In this document: positions 17,196-27,473 of the stretch, piece by piece | How the letters are laid out: every line of letters starts with the position of its first letter | Position numbering within the stretch: position 1 is the first letter of the stretch | Assembly: GCA_031291995.1 (NCBI GenBank) | Contig: JARLHZ010000022.1 | Coordinates: forward strand, 11,330-75,329 | Direction: 5' to 3' | DNA: 64,000 bases | Origin: Candidatus Doudnabacteria bacterium | GTDB taxonomy: Bacteria > Patescibacteriota > Doudnabacteria > UBA920 | Program-made: the position numbers and the translations under genes | The notes under the pieces: generated by a model | Told to the model about the DNA's origin: nothing | Seen by the model: only the letters and a program-made list of their open reading frames with translations | Databases searched by the model: none

Positions 17196-18662
17196 ATGGA
17201 TCATAACGAACAGGCAGGTAAGAATTTTGCTTGGCTATCAGCCGCCCAGCTCGGAACCCGCATTCTTGGGGCGGCGTTTTTTATTTTTCTTTCGCGAAAA
17301 TTATTGGAAACCGGAGTCGGGGAGTACAGCTTTGTTTCTTCTTTTGTGCCCTTTTGGTTTATTTTAGTGGATTTCGGCGGCGCCGCGTATTTATTCCGCG
17401 AGTGGACCCATGGCAAAAAAACCGCGGCGGAAATTAAAGACGACTTCCACCAGTTGTTCACGCTCAGGTTGTTGATTGTACTGGCAATTGGTATACCGTT
17501 TTTAACGGTAAATTATTTTATAAACCGCCAGGTTTTGGGCTCCTTGGTTTTGTTTTACATTTCCATGTATTTAGCCATGTTCACAAACCTTTTGGATTTG
17601 TATTTTCAATCGCAAAACCAGTATCGGTATCTGGCAGTCAGACAAGTAATTGAGAAAACCACCGCCGTAGCGGCAGGCGTGGTTTTGCTCCTGATTCATC
17701 CTTCGGTCATAATGGTATTTGTTGCAATTTTAATAAGCCAATTGGCGAGCATTGCCTATTATTATTTGGCAACTTCGCCCTTTGGCATAAAATTAGTTTT
17801 GCGTAAAGAGTATGCCAAAAAGTTATTCATTAAAGGAATGCCTTTTTTATTTATTGGAATTTTTGCATCCCTTTATGCCAAAATTGATGTGACCATGCTC
17901 AGGTATATGGACAATTTTCAGACCGTCGGTTACTATGGCGCGGCCTACAAGTTTATGGATTTTACGGCGCTTTTTTCATCATTGTTCATTTCAGCCATTT
18001 TTCCCGTGCTATCGCCACTTTGGCAGGGCGGCAAGGATAGTCTGGCTTTTAACGATTTTTTTCAGAAATGTTTTCGGATTTTATTTTCCGCCGGCTTGCT
18101 GGTCGCCTTGTTTTTAATTGTGGCCGCGCCTTTGCTTATAAAAATATTTTTTCCCGCTTCTTTCGGCCCCTCCGTACTGGCCCTGAGGATTTTGGCAATT
18201 GGGCAGACGTTGGCGTTTTTAAGCGCGATTTTCAGTACGATGCTGATTATTGAAGGGCGCGAAAAAATCGGTTTGGCTATAATTATTTTTGGAGCGGTAT
18301 TCAATATTGTTCTCAATTTTATTTTAATTCCCCGCTTTTCCCTGTATGGCTCGGCGTGGGCTACCGTCATTGCCGAAATGGGAAATCTGTATCTCCTTCA
18401 GCATTTTGTCTCATGGAAAAAACCGGTCAACTTGCTGTTTAAGATTGTCAGCGTCGCTGGCGTAAACACCGTAATTTTTGTGTTTTTAAAGTTTACCGGA
18501 CTGACAAACAGCCTGCTGGCCGGGACCGTTATTCTATTGACGAACGCCGTAATCTTATTTACAGTTAAACTATTGGAAAAACAGGATGTCGCTCTCTTTG
18601 TTAACCCGTTTTTAGGCAAAGTTAAAACTTTATTTGGCCCTTTAATAAGTAACATTTTTTAA
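17196..18662 (+). CDS. wzx: Polysaccharide flippase
   Basis: About 14 TM; GEYSF..DFG, YAKIDVTML..VGYYGAAYK, NFILIPRFSLYGSAWATVIAE. Confidence 0.88.
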   Translation: MDHNEQAGKNFAWLSAAQLGTRILGAAFFIFLSRKLLETGVGEYSFVSSFVPFWFILVDFGGAAYLFREWTHGKKTAAEIKDDFHQLFTLRLLIVLAIGIPFLTVNYFINRQVLGSLVLFYISMYLAMFTNLLDLYFQSQNQYRYLAVRQVIEKTTAVAAGVVLLLIHPSVIMVFVAILISQLASIAYYYLATSPFGIKLVLRKEYAKKLFIKGMPFLFIGIFASLYAKIDVTMLRYMDNFQTVGYYGAAYKFMDFTALFSSLFISAIFPVLSPLWQGGKDSLAFNDFFQKCFRILFSAGLLVALFLIVAAPLLIKIFFPASFGPSVLALRILAIGQTLAFLSAIFSTMLIIEGREKIGLAIIIFGAVFNIVLNFILIPRFSLYGSAWATVIAEMGNLYLLQHFVSWKKPVNLLFKIVSVAGVNTVIFVFLKFTGLTNSLLAGTVILLTNAVILFTVKLLEKQDVALFVNPFLGKVKTLFGPLISNIF

Positions 18663-18663
18663 T

Positions 18664-19476
18664 ATGAAAGTCGTCATTTTGTGCGGCGGGGAAGGTACCC
18701 GCATGAAGGAAGAAACCGAATTTAAACCCAAGCCGCTTGTCTTAGTCGGTGGCAAGCCGATTTTGTGGCATATTATGAAAATGTATGCCCATTATGGTTA
18801 TAATGAGTTTATTTTGACCCTGGGTTATAAAGGCGAAATGATAAAGGATTATTTTTTGAACCAGAATCGATATCTTAACGATTTTACCTTGGACACAAAA
18901 TCAGGCAAAGTCGATTATCATAACAACGAGTGCGATGATTTTCAGATCACCTTCGTTGAAACCGGTCTAAAGAGTTTGACCGGAGAACGGGTCAGGCGCG
19001 CTAAAAAATTTATCGAAGGGGAGGATTTTATGGTCACATACGGCGACGGCCTGGCCAATATTGATATTGCCAAGTTGGCGGAGTTTCATAAATCGCAGGG
19101 GACATTAGGGACAATCAGCGGTGTCCATCCCATTACCAGATTCGGCGTGCTGTCCATAAACGAGGACAACAAGAAAGTGGAAAAATTCCGACAGTACGGG
19201 GTCATTGACGAAGATATGAGCCCCAAGCAGATACACGAAGCCCGTAAAAGTTATATGAATGATTTTATTAACGGCGGCTTTATGGTGTTTAAAAACAGTG
19301 TCCTTAATTACGTCCACGAAAACAGCATGATTGAGGAGGCTTTTCCTCTTTTGGCCAAAGAAGGCAAATTGTCAGTCTACGAGCATACCGGTTTATGGAA
19401 AGCCATGGACACTTACAAGGACGTGGAGGAAATGAATATACTGTGGCAAAAAGATCCGTTTTGGAAAGTCTGGTAA
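18664..19476 (+). CDS. rfbF: Glucose-1-phosphate cytidylyltransferase
   Basis: VILCGGEGTRMKEETEFKPKPLV..GKPILWHIMK, TYGDG, INGGF, WKAMDT. Confidence 0.92.
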   Translation: MKVVILCGGEGTRMKEETEFKPKPLVLVGGKPILWHIMKMYAHYGYNEFILTLGYKGEMIKDYFLNQNRYLNDFTLDTKSGKVDYHNNECDDFQITFVETGLKSLTGERVRRAKKFIEGEDFMVTYGDGLANIDIAKLAEFHKSQGTLGTISGVHPITRFGVLSINEDNKKVEKFRQYGVIDEDMSPKQIHEARKSYMNDFINGGFMVFKNSVLNYVHENSMIEEAFPLLAKEGKLSVYEHTGLWKAMDTYKDVEEMNILWQKDPFWKVW

Positions 19477-19478
19477 GC

Positions 19479-19519
19479 CGCGGATTGGACGCGGATAGCT
19501 GCGCGGATTAAGCGCGGAA
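19479..19519. repeat. Four CGCGGA(T) short direct repeats spaced 11/12/11
   Basis: Copies at 19479, 19490, 19502, 19513. Confidence 0.75.
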
Positions 19520-19553
19520 TCTGAATTCGATTATAACTGCGGGCTTGGCATAA

Positions 19554-20540
19554 ATGAAAAACTTAAATTTTATGAGCGAGTCATGGTCGGGAAAAAACGT
19601 GCTGGTGACCGGCGGTACCGGTTTGGTCGGGTCGCATTTGACGGAAAGGCTTTTGGAGCTCGGAGCTAAGGTTTTTGTATTGGATATTGTTTTGGAAGCG
19701 AATTCTTATTTTGCTTCCAAAAAGCTGGCTGATAAAGCCGGACTTTTTATGGTTGATTTGCGGAATTTTGAGGGAGTGAAAAAAGTCATTGCGGAAAATC
19801 AGATCAACTACATTTTCCATTTGGGCGCGCAGGCGCTGGTGCCGGTGGCATTAGAACAGCCGATGGAAACTCTGGACGCCAATGTTATGGGTACGGTTCA
19901 TGTGCTGGAAGCGGCGCGGCAGCTGGGAACGGTGAGCGGCATAGTGGTTGCTTCATCGGACAAGGCTTACGGCAAGGATTGCATTAACGTCAAAGAAGAC
20001 CAAAAACTGGCCGGCGACCACCCTTATGATGTGTCCAAGACCTGTGCCGATTTAATTTCTACAACCTATTTTAAAACGTATAATTTGCCGGTGGCCGTAG
20101 CCCGCTTTGGCAATATTTTCGGGCCGGGCGATTTACATTTTGACCGGATTGTGCCGGGAGTTATGGAATCGCTGATAAAAAATCAGGAATTGCAAATCCG
20201 CAGCAATGGGAAATTTCGTCGGGATTATTTATACGTTAAGGACGTGGCGGAAGGCTATATCAAGATGGCTCAAAAAGCCGAAGAAATTAAAGGCGAGGCC
20301 TTTAATTTTAGCACCAACTGGAATTTTTCCGTCACTGAACTGGTGGAAAAAATCGGCCAGATTCTGGGACGGCAGGTTCATTACAAAATCTTGGACACCC
20401 AAAAAAACGAAATTCCCGAACAGAGTCTGAACTGGGATAAGGCCAAAAAAGTTTTGGGCTGGGAACCGGAATGTTCTTTTGAGAAGGGAATAGAGGAAAC
20501 CGTTAACTGGTATAATAACTATTTTTCCGGAAAGGATTAG
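19554..20540 (+). CDS. rfbG: CDP-glucose 4,6-dehydratase-like (alternative start 19572)
   Basis: WSGKNVLVTGGTGLVGSHL, FHLGAQALV, SSDKAYG, PYDVSK, RFGNIFGPGD; follows rfbF. Confidence 0.85.
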   Translation: MKNLNFMSESWSGKNVLVTGGTGLVGSHLTERLLELGAKVFVLDIVLEANSYFASKKLADKAGLFMVDLRNFEGVKKVIAENQINYIFHLGAQALVPVALEQPMETLDANVMGTVHVLEAARQLGTVSGIVVASSDKAYGKDCINVKEDQKLAGDHPYDVSKTCADLISTTYFKTYNLPVAVARFGNIFGPGDLHFDRIVPGVMESLIKNQELQIRSNGKFRRDYLYVKDVAEGYIKMAQKAEEIKGEAFNFSTNWNFSVTELVEKIGQILGRQVHYKILDTQKNEIPEQSLNWDKAKKVLGWEPECSFEKGIEETVNWYNNYFSGKD

Positions 20541-20543
20541 TCT

Positions 20544-21422
20544 ATGAAGCTTCTTCTAACGGGGGCGGGAGGGTTTATCGGAAAAAATTTGATCCAATCC
20601 GATTTGGCGAAAAAACATCAGATAATTGCCCCTTCTAGATTGCAACTGGATTTAATGGACGAAAAGGCGCTTAAAGAATTTTTTTTCCGAAACCAAGTTG
20701 ACTGCGTAATACACGCGGCCGGCAAGCCCGGGCACAGGAACGCTAAAGATCCGAGCAACATTTTTTACAGCGATACGCGGATGTTCCTGAATCTTTTACA
20801 AAATTCTGATCGCTACAAAAAAATGATTGTGTTAAGTTCCGGAGCAGTTTACGACCAGAGGTTTGCGATTGATAAGGTCAAGGAGTCGGACTATAAGTTG
20901 CGTCTGCCAGCTGATGAACACGCTTTATTTCGTAGGGTCTCGGCCGATTATATAGGGCGATCGGACAAAATCGTGGAGCTTAGGATTTTTGGCATCTTCG
21001 GTCCTTATGAAGATTATGCTATCCGCTTTATTTCCAACGCCATCTGCAAATGCCTGTTTAATTTACCCATTACCATCAAACAAAACCGGATGTTTGATTA
21101 TATTTATGTTAAAGATTTGCCCGGTATTTTAGAAAATATTTTACAAACTAGCGATATGAGCGGCGCTTATAATTTAACTCCCGATGAGCCCATTGAGCTA
21201 TTGCAGTTGGCGGAAATGGTAAAAAATTTATCCGACAAAAATGTGCCGATTATCGTCCAAAAATCCGGCATGGGGCCGGAATACAGCGGCAATAACGAAA
21301 AAATTAAACGGGACATTAATTACAATTTACGTCCCTTGCCGGAGGCAGTGGAAGAATTATATAAATGGTACAAAGAGAATTTTTCAACCCTAGATCAAAC
21401 AAAACTTTTAACCGATAAATAA
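20544..21422 (+). CDS. NAD-dependent epimerase/dehydratase/reductase (extended SDR)
   Basis: LLTGAGGFIGKNL, IHAA, LRIFGIFG; the canonical YxxxK is not evident (HALFR). Confidence 0.8.
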   Translation: MKLLLTGAGGFIGKNLIQSDLAKKHQIIAPSRLQLDLMDEKALKEFFFRNQVDCVIHAAGKPGHRNAKDPSNIFYSDTRMFLNLLQNSDRYKKMIVLSSGAVYDQRFAIDKVKESDYKLRLPADEHALFRRVSADYIGRSDKIVELRIFGIFGPYEDYAIRFISNAICKCLFNLPITIKQNRMFDYIYVKDLPGILENILQTSDMSGAYNLTPDEPIELLQLAEMVKNLSDKNVPIIVQKSGMGPEYSGNNEKIKRDINYNLRPLPEAVEELYKWYKENFSTLDQTKLLTDK

Positions 21423-21434
21423 TTAATACTATAT

Positions 21435-22523
21435 ATGCAAAGAGATATATTTGAAGATCTGTTCGTTCTGGAAATGGCCAGTAATCACTTGGGAAGCCTG
21501 GACAGGGCGCTAAAGATTGTGGAGCAGCACTCTAAAATAGTTAGGTTCAACAACGTACGCGCGGCTATAAAGCTGCAATTCCGCGACGTTGATAATTTTG
21601 TACACAAGAATTTTACTGACCGCAAGGAAATTCGCTACATCCGCAGGACCCTGGAAACAAAAATGTCCAAAGAAGATTACGGGGTATTGGTGGAAGCCAT
21701 TAAAAAGAGCGGTTGCATCCCCATGGCAACGCCTTTTGACGAGAAGTCTGTGGATTTGTGCGTGGAATTTAACATGCCGATTATTAAGGTTGCCAGCGCG
21801 GACAGTAATGACTGGATGCTCTTGGAAAAAATCGCTTCGACCAAAAAACCTGTTATTGTATCCGTAGGCGGATTGTCCCTAAAAGATATGGATGATATGG
21901 TGACTTTTTTTGAGCACCGCAATACGACCCTGGCCATTAACCACTGTGTTGCCGCATATCCCCACGAAGACTCGGAATGCGAGTTGGACCAGATAGATTT
22001 CCTCAAAAACCGCTTCCCTGACCACACTATCGGCCTATCCACACACGAATATCACGATTGGTATTCTTCGCTGCTTATCGCTTATGGCAAAGGCGCCCGC
22101 ACTTTTGAGCGGCACATAGATATTGACGAAGGCGGGGCGGAAGTGGCAAAATATTCTTCCCTTCCGGAACAAATAGATGTTTGGTTTAGAGCTTACAACA
22201 AGGCCAGGGAAATGTGCGGAACTGCCAAAACTGAACGCAGGGTGCCGTTGGAACGGGAGTCAAAATATTTGGACGGTTATATTCGAGGGGTCTATGCCAA
22301 GCATGACCTTAAGAAAGGGGATATTTTGATGGAAGAGGATATTTATATGGCCATTCCCCTCCAGAAAGGCCAGATTTCCAGCCGGGAATTAATGCTCGGA
22401 AAGTATGGGCATAAAATGATTGCCGACTGTAAAGCCGACGAGCCAATTAAAATTGATATAATAGACACTCCTTACGCCCATAATGAAGAATTGAAAAAAA
22501 CAATTTATGGCAGGGGTCTCTAA
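21435..22523 (+). CDS. NeuB/SpsE-family PEP-dependent ulosonate synthase-like protein with SAF domain
   Basis: LEMASNHLG, IKLQ, ATPFDEKSVD, KVASAD, HCVAAYP, GLSTHE, FERH, RGVYAKHDL. Confidence 0.85.
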   Translation: MQRDIFEDLFVLEMASNHLGSLDRALKIVEQHSKIVRFNNVRAAIKLQFRDVDNFVHKNFTDRKEIRYIRRTLETKMSKEDYGVLVEAIKKSGCIPMATPFDEKSVDLCVEFNMPIIKVASADSNDWMLLEKIASTKKPVIVSVGGLSLKDMDDMVTFFEHRNTTLAINHCVAAYPHEDSECELDQIDFLKNRFPDHTIGLSTHEYHDWYSSLLIAYGKGARTFERHIDIDEGGAEVAKYSSLPEQIDVWFRAYNKAREMCGTAKTERRVPLERESKYLDGYIRGVYAKHDLKKGDILMEEDIYMAIPLQKGQISSRELMLGKYGHKMIADCKADEPIKIDIIDTPYAHNEELKKTIYGRGL

Positions 22524-22529
22524 AAACAG

Positions 22530-24338
22530 ATGATTAAAGTTTCCGATTATATTTTCCATCGATTGCATAAAGTCCACGGTGTGGATCAGGTGTTTATGAT
22601 TACAGGAGGTGGCGCCATGCATTTAAACGATGCCATTGGCCGTTGTGAAGGCTTAAAATTTATCTGCAACCACCATGAACAAGCCTGCGCCATTGCCGCG
22701 GAGGGTTATGCGCGCACCACAGGAAAGTTGGCGGCGGTAAATGTCACCAGCGGTCCCGGAGGTACGAACACCTTGACGGGCGTGCTTGGGCAATGGACCG
22801 ATTCCGTACCTGTAATTTATATTTCCGGCCAGGTCAAGTTTGAAACTACAATTTCGTCCTGTCCCGATTTGGGTTTGCGCCAGCTTGGCGATCAGGAATT
22901 TAATATAATTGACGTTGTCCGGCCATTCACTAAATTCGCCGCAATGGTCACGGATAAAAACGATATTAAAAAATTTCTTGACCAGGCTGTCCATTTAGCC
23001 ACGCATGGACGTCCCGGGCCGGTATGGCTGGATATCCCCATGGACGTGCAGGGGGCTCTGGTGGATGAAAAAAAATTAGGTGAATTCGCTATGACGGAAA
23101 GTTCCGCGGACGCAGTTCCACTTGAGTCGGAAGTTGGCAAAGTCATCGAATTGCTTGGGCAAGTCAAGCGGCCGGTGCTGGTTTTGGGGCGGGGCGTGCG
23201 AATTGCCGGAGCGCGGGATTTAGCCTTGGCATTGGCCAAGAGGATAGGCCTGCCTTTGCTCGGTACTTTTAACGCTTATGATTTGATTCCGGCCAGCCAT
23301 CCCAATTATGCGGGAAGGATTGGGACTTTAGGCGATCGCGCCGGAAATTTCGCCCTGCAAAATTCCGACTTGTATATTTCCGTGGGCAGTCGTAATAATT
23401 TGCGGCAGGTCAGCTACAACTGGCAGTCATACGCACGGGTCGCAAAAAAAATTGTCGTGGATATAGACCCTGCCGAACTTGCTAAACCTACCTTGATTCC
23501 CGATATCCCAATTTTGGCCGATGCTAAAGTTTTTTTGGAATTGCTCGGCGGGAAATTAAAATCCGCTACCTTGCCGGATTGGTCGGAGTGGAATGCCTGG
23601 TGTCAAAAACGCAGGAAAAGTTATCCCGTGGTCTTGCCCGAATATAGTGATGATAGCATGGGGGTCCATCCTTACTATTTTATGCAACGCCTGACCCAGG
23701 CCTTGGAGCCGGGAGCGGTGGCGGTGGCCGGGGATGGGACTGCCTGCGTCGCTTTGTTCCAGGCCGGGGAAGTCAAGGAAGGCCAGACGATTTTTTGGAA
23801 TTCCGGCTGCGCGGCTATGGGTTATGATTTACCGGCTGCCATCGGCGCGTGTATTGCAAATAAAAAGAGCACCGTATGCATAGCGGGGGACGGCAGCCTG
23901 CAGTTAAATATCCAGGAACTGGAAACAGTGGCTTTTAATAAACTTCCGTTAAAAATATTTTATTTGAATAACGGCGGCTACCAGTCCATTAAGCAGACCC
24001 AGGCCAATTATTTTCCGGATAATTTTATAGGTTGCAGCCCGGATAGCGGGATTGGCTTTCCCGATATTGTCAAAGTGGCTCGGGCTTACGGTCTAAAAAC
24101 CGAAATAATCGATAATCATAAAAATTTGGATAAAATTGTCCGGGCGGTACTAGAGGCTGAGGTTCCGGTGGTTTGTGAGGTAAGGTTAAGGGCTGATTAT
24201 GTTTTTTCCCCTAAATTATCTTCAAAAAAATTATCTGACGGAAGGATGATTTCCAAGCCCTTGGAAGATATGTATCCGTTTTTAAGCCGCGAAGAATTTA
24301 AATCTAATATGATAATTGAGCCTTTAGCGGAGGAATAA
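22530..24338 (+). CDS. ThDP-dependent carboligase (acetolactate-synthase-like, YerE-like)
   Basis: GGGAMHLND, HHEQACAIAAEGYAR, TSGPGGTN, GRPGPVWLDIP, GDGSLQLNIQE..NNGGY; lies in a CDP-dideoxysugar operon. Confidence 0.88.
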   Translation: MIKVSDYIFHRLHKVHGVDQVFMITGGGAMHLNDAIGRCEGLKFICNHHEQACAIAAEGYARTTGKLAAVNVTSGPGGTNTLTGVLGQWTDSVPVIYISGQVKFETTISSCPDLGLRQLGDQEFNIIDVVRPFTKFAAMVTDKNDIKKFLDQAVHLATHGRPGPVWLDIPMDVQGALVDEKKLGEFAMTESSADAVPLESEVGKVIELLGQVKRPVLVLGRGVRIAGARDLALALAKRIGLPLLGTFNAYDLIPASHPNYAGRIGTLGDRAGNFALQNSDLYISVGSRNNLRQVSYNWQSYARVAKKIVVDIDPAELAKPTLIPDIPILADAKVFLELLGGKLKSATLPDWSEWNAWCQKRRKSYPVVLPEYSDDSMGVHPYYFMQRLTQALEPGAVAVAGDGTACVALFQAGEVKEGQTIFWNSGCAAMGYDLPAAIGACIANKKSTVCIAGDGSLQLNIQELETVAFNKLPLKIFYLNNGGYQSIKQTQANYFPDNFIGCSPDSGIGFPDIVKVARAYGLKTEIIDNHKNLDKIVRAVLEAEVPVVCEVRLRADYVFSPKLSSKKLSDGRMISKPLEDMYPFLSREEFKSNMIIEPLAEE

Positions 24339-24340
24339 CC

Positions 24341-25015
24341 ATGAAAACTTTATTTATTACCGGAGGCCATGGGGGCATTGGACAGGCTATTGTTCAGGAA
24401 TTTCAGGCGCGGAACTATAAAATTATCTCGCCAAGCAGTCGGGAGTTGGATTTATCCCAGGTCGAGTCTATTAAATCCTATTTTTCAGCTTCGGTTCCGG
24501 ATATTGATGTGTTAGTTCATAGCGCGGGCATAAATTTTCCCAAACCCCTGGAGGAAATTAATGGTGAGGAATTTGAGAAGACTCTTGCCGTAAATGCAAC
24601 CAGTTTGTTTTATTTGGCGCAGATTTTTTTGCCCCGCCTTAAAGCAAAAAATGGCGGACATATTTTGGCCGTAAATTCAATCTGGGGAATTATTTCTAAA
24701 CCAGGGCGGCTGTCTTACGCCATGTCAAAACAGGCCTTGAACGGTTTGGTAAAAACATTGGCCTTGGAGCTGGCTCCCCATAATATTAAAGTCAACTCCG
24801 TCGCTCCCGGCTTTGTCGATACAAAACTTACTAGGCAAAACAATACCGAGGAGCAGATTAAATCGATTGTAAAACAGGTACCACTTGGCCGCTTGGCTAA
24901 GCCCGAAGAGATCGCAAGGGCCGTTTATTATTTATGCTCAGATGATAACAATTATATCACTGGACAAAATTTGGTAATTGACGGCGGTTTTACCGCTGGG
25001 ATTTTTGGAAATTAG
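24341..25015 (+). CDS. Classical SDR oxidoreductase
   Basis: TGGHGGIG, HSAGIN, YAMSK, VNSVAPGFVDT, ITGQNLVIDGG. Confidence 0.9.
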   Translation: MKTLFITGGHGGIGQAIVQEFQARNYKIISPSSRELDLSQVESIKSYFSASVPDIDVLVHSAGINFPKPLEEINGEEFEKTLAVNATSLFYLAQIFLPRLKAKNGGHILAVNSIWGIISKPGRLSYAMSKQALNGLVKTLALELAPHNIKVNSVAPGFVDTKLTRQNNTEEQIKSIVKQVPLGRLAKPEEIARAVYYLCSDDNNYITGQNLVIDGGFTAGIFGN

Positions 25016-25019
25016 TTTT

Positions 25020-26159
25020 ATGGGACAATTTGATTTTAAAATCCAGGATGAAAGTTTTACCCTGCCGGATAAATATTCGGAGTTGTCTGATTTTAAAGTG
25101 GATTCAGTTCCGCGCCCTTATAAAGTCGCCTGGTGGGACGAGGATCCGGCGCAAATCATTAACAGGGAAATGGCTGACGCAGCCGGGAATGTTTTGGTCA
25201 TTGACGAAAAATTGCGGCAATTATTTTCCGCCGCATTTGGTTTTTCACCGGAGAGAATTTTTTCTTTGGTTGCGGACGAGGAGCATAAAATTTTAGATAC
25301 AGCCGCCGCTTTGTTTGATTTTTTGCAGGCTCGGGGCTTTTCTAAAAGCGATAGGCTGATAGTGGTTGGAGGCGGAGTAACACAGGACGTTGGCGGGTTT
25401 GTCGGTGGCATTTATAAGCGCGGCCTAAACTGGGTATTTTACCCGACAACTCTTTTATCAATGTGCGACAGTTGTATAGGCGCCAAAGCGGGATTAAATT
25501 TTAAGGGCGTCAAAAATCAGCTGGCAATTTTTTCCGCTCCAAGGGAAGTGGTAGTAAACCCTCAATTCCTCAAGACTTTAAATGAGCGGGAATTCCATTC
25601 CGGTTTGGGGGAAATCCTAAAGTTGCATGTTACCGGAGGCGGGGGATTGCTGGAAAACTACCAAAAAATAGTGGCTGACGGCATAGTTAAGGATTTTACC
25701 GGATATAAGTCCCTCATCTTCGGATCGCTTTTTGTAAAAAAAGCCGTCATAGAGAAAGATGAATTTGAACAGGGTTTAAGGAAAAGTCTAAACTACGGCC
25801 ACACCTTTGGCCACGCTATTGAGACGCTGACCGGTTATAACATTCCTCATGGCCAAGCAGTCGCGGCCGGCATGATTATTGTTAACCAACTCGCACATGA
25901 GCGCGGGTTGCTGCGTGCGGATAAAAATCTTTTGATGCAAAATTTATGCCTTAAGCTTCTGGATGCGCCAACCAGGCGCAAAATTAAATGTTTATCCGGA
26001 GATAATTTTCTTGAATTATTGAGGCAGGACAAGAAAGCTTCGTCCGGCCGGATTAACCTGGTGTTTTTAAAAGACTTAGGAGAAACAATTTTTGTAAATT
26101 ATGAAATTAATAAAGACCTGTCCAAATCGGTGGATAAGGTAATTACGAGTATCTTTTGA
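25020..26159 (+). CDS. 3-dehydroquinate synthase-like sugar-phosphate cyclase
   Basis: GGGVTQDVGGF, YKRG..PTTLLSMCDSCIGAK, KNQL, GEILK, LNYGHTFGHAIE, HGQAV, QDKK. Confidence 0.85.
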   Translation: MGQFDFKIQDESFTLPDKYSELSDFKVDSVPRPYKVAWWDEDPAQIINREMADAAGNVLVIDEKLRQLFSAAFGFSPERIFSLVADEEHKILDTAAALFDFLQARGFSKSDRLIVVGGGVTQDVGGFVGGIYKRGLNWVFYPTTLLSMCDSCIGAKAGLNFKGVKNQLAIFSAPREVVVNPQFLKTLNEREFHSGLGEILKLHVTGGGGLLENYQKIVADGIVKDFTGYKSLIFGSLFVKKAVIEKDEFEQGLRKSLNYGHTFGHAIETLTGYNIPHGQAVAAGMIIVNQLAHERGLLRADKNLLMQNLCLKLLDAPTRRKIKCLSGDNFLELLRQDKKASSGRINLVFLKDLGETIFVNYEINKDLSKSVDKVITSIF

Positions 26160-26248
26160 CGATTAATGGTGTCTGCGACAGGCGCGATTTTGCTTAAACC
26201 CGTTTTTTTACTATAATTATGTAGGTGTTTATAATTATTTACGAAACA

Positions 26249-27472
26249 ATGCCGACAAAAATACAGTCGAATATGAGAGTCCCTTACGGCCTGTCCGTAC
26301 ATGGGCAGGAAGAAATAGACGCTGTTGTTGAAGTTTTAAAAGGCAATACCGCCCTGGGCGACAAGGTGAAGGAGTTTGAAAATAAGGTTGCCAAAATGTT
26401 CGGGAAAAAGTATGGGGTAATGGTTAACTCCGGCTCCAGTGCCAACCTTTTGGCTCTTGAACTTCTTAATTTACCCCGCGGCAGCGAAGTCATAACTCCC
26501 GTTTTAACTTTTTCCACCACTGTCGCGCCGATTGTCCAAAAGGGCTTGGTTCCGGTGTATGTCGATATCAACCCGCAAACATATATTGCGAACCTTAACC
26601 AGGTCGAAAAAGCCATCGGCAAAAAAACCAAAGCTTTGATGATCCCGTCGTTAATGGGGAACATTCCAAACTTAAAGCGACTGCAGGCAATAGCGAAAAA
26701 ATACAAACTTTGGCTGATTGAAGATTCCTGCGATACCTTGGGCGGCAGTTATAACGGGCGGCCGAGCGGGACATATTCGGATATTTCCACAACAAGTTTT
26801 TACGGATCTCATGTTATTAACGGCGCGGGAGGGGGAGGCATGATTTGCGTTAATAATCCGGAGTGGGTGGATCGTTTGGTGGTACTTCGGGGTTGGGGCA
26901 GGCAGTCTTCTTTGTTTGGCGAAAAATCCAATTCCGAATTGCTCGCCAATCGTTTTCAAGGAAAAATTGACGGTACCCCTTACGATAATAAATTTATTTT
27001 CAGTGAAATCGGCTATAATTTTTTACCTCTGGAAATTTCGGCCGCCTTCGCGCTGGTCCAGCTAAAGAAGTATCCAAAATTTTTGGCTCTCCGCCAAAAA
27101 TATTTTGCGGAAATGTACAAATTTATAGAAAAAAAACATCAAAAATATTTTCTCCTGCCCAAACAAACGCCCAATACCAAAACCGCCTGGCTGGCTTTCC
27201 CCCTTATTATCAAACCCGGCGCGCCGTTTACCCGCCTGGACATAGTGACGTTTTTGGAAAATAATAATGTCCAGACCAGACCGGTGTTTACCGGAAGCAT
27301 TTTAAAGCAGCCCGGCTTTAAAAATATCAGGCATCGCAATGCCGTCAATAATTTTCCCCATTCGGAAGACGTCATGAAGAACGCTTTTGTCGTAGCCTGC
27401 CATCATGGCTTGTCGGATCGGCAAATTAAATATTTGCAGGAATGCTTTAATGAATTTTTAGCAGCTTTTTAA
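26249..27472 (+). CDS. rfbH: CDP-4-keto-6-deoxyglucose 3-dehydrase-like (DegT/DnrJ family, His-type)
   Basis: VNSGSSANLLA, IEDSCDTLG, TSFYGSHVI (His in place of the PLP Lys), RGWGR, YDNKFIF..GYN, TRPVFTG. Confidence 0.8.
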   Translation: MPTKIQSNMRVPYGLSVHGQEEIDAVVEVLKGNTALGDKVKEFENKVAKMFGKKYGVMVNSGSSANLLALELLNLPRGSEVITPVLTFSTTVAPIVQKGLVPVYVDINPQTYIANLNQVEKAIGKKTKALMIPSLMGNIPNLKRLQAIAKKYKLWLIEDSCDTLGGSYNGRPSGTYSDISTTSFYGSHVINGAGGGGMICVNNPEWVDRLVVLRGWGRQSSLFGEKSNSELLANRFQGKIDGTPYDNKFIFSEIGYNFLPLEISAAFALVQLKKYPKFLALRQKYFAEMYKFIEKKHQKYFLLPKQTPNTKTAWLAFPLIIKPGAPFTRLDIVTFLENNNVQTRPVFTGSILKQPGFKNIRHRNAVNNFPHSEDVMKNAFVVACHHGLSDRQIKYLQECFNEFLAAF

Positions 27473-27473
27473 A

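Noticed and set aside
21435-22523. Ordinary sialic acid pathway
   Set aside because: No neuA/neuC/neuD in the window, and the sequence is a divergent NeuB-like type.
22530-26159. Housekeeping ilvB and aroB
   Set aside because: No ilvN/ilvC or other aro genes are nearby, and both are embedded in a CDP-sugar operon, so gene symbols were withheld.
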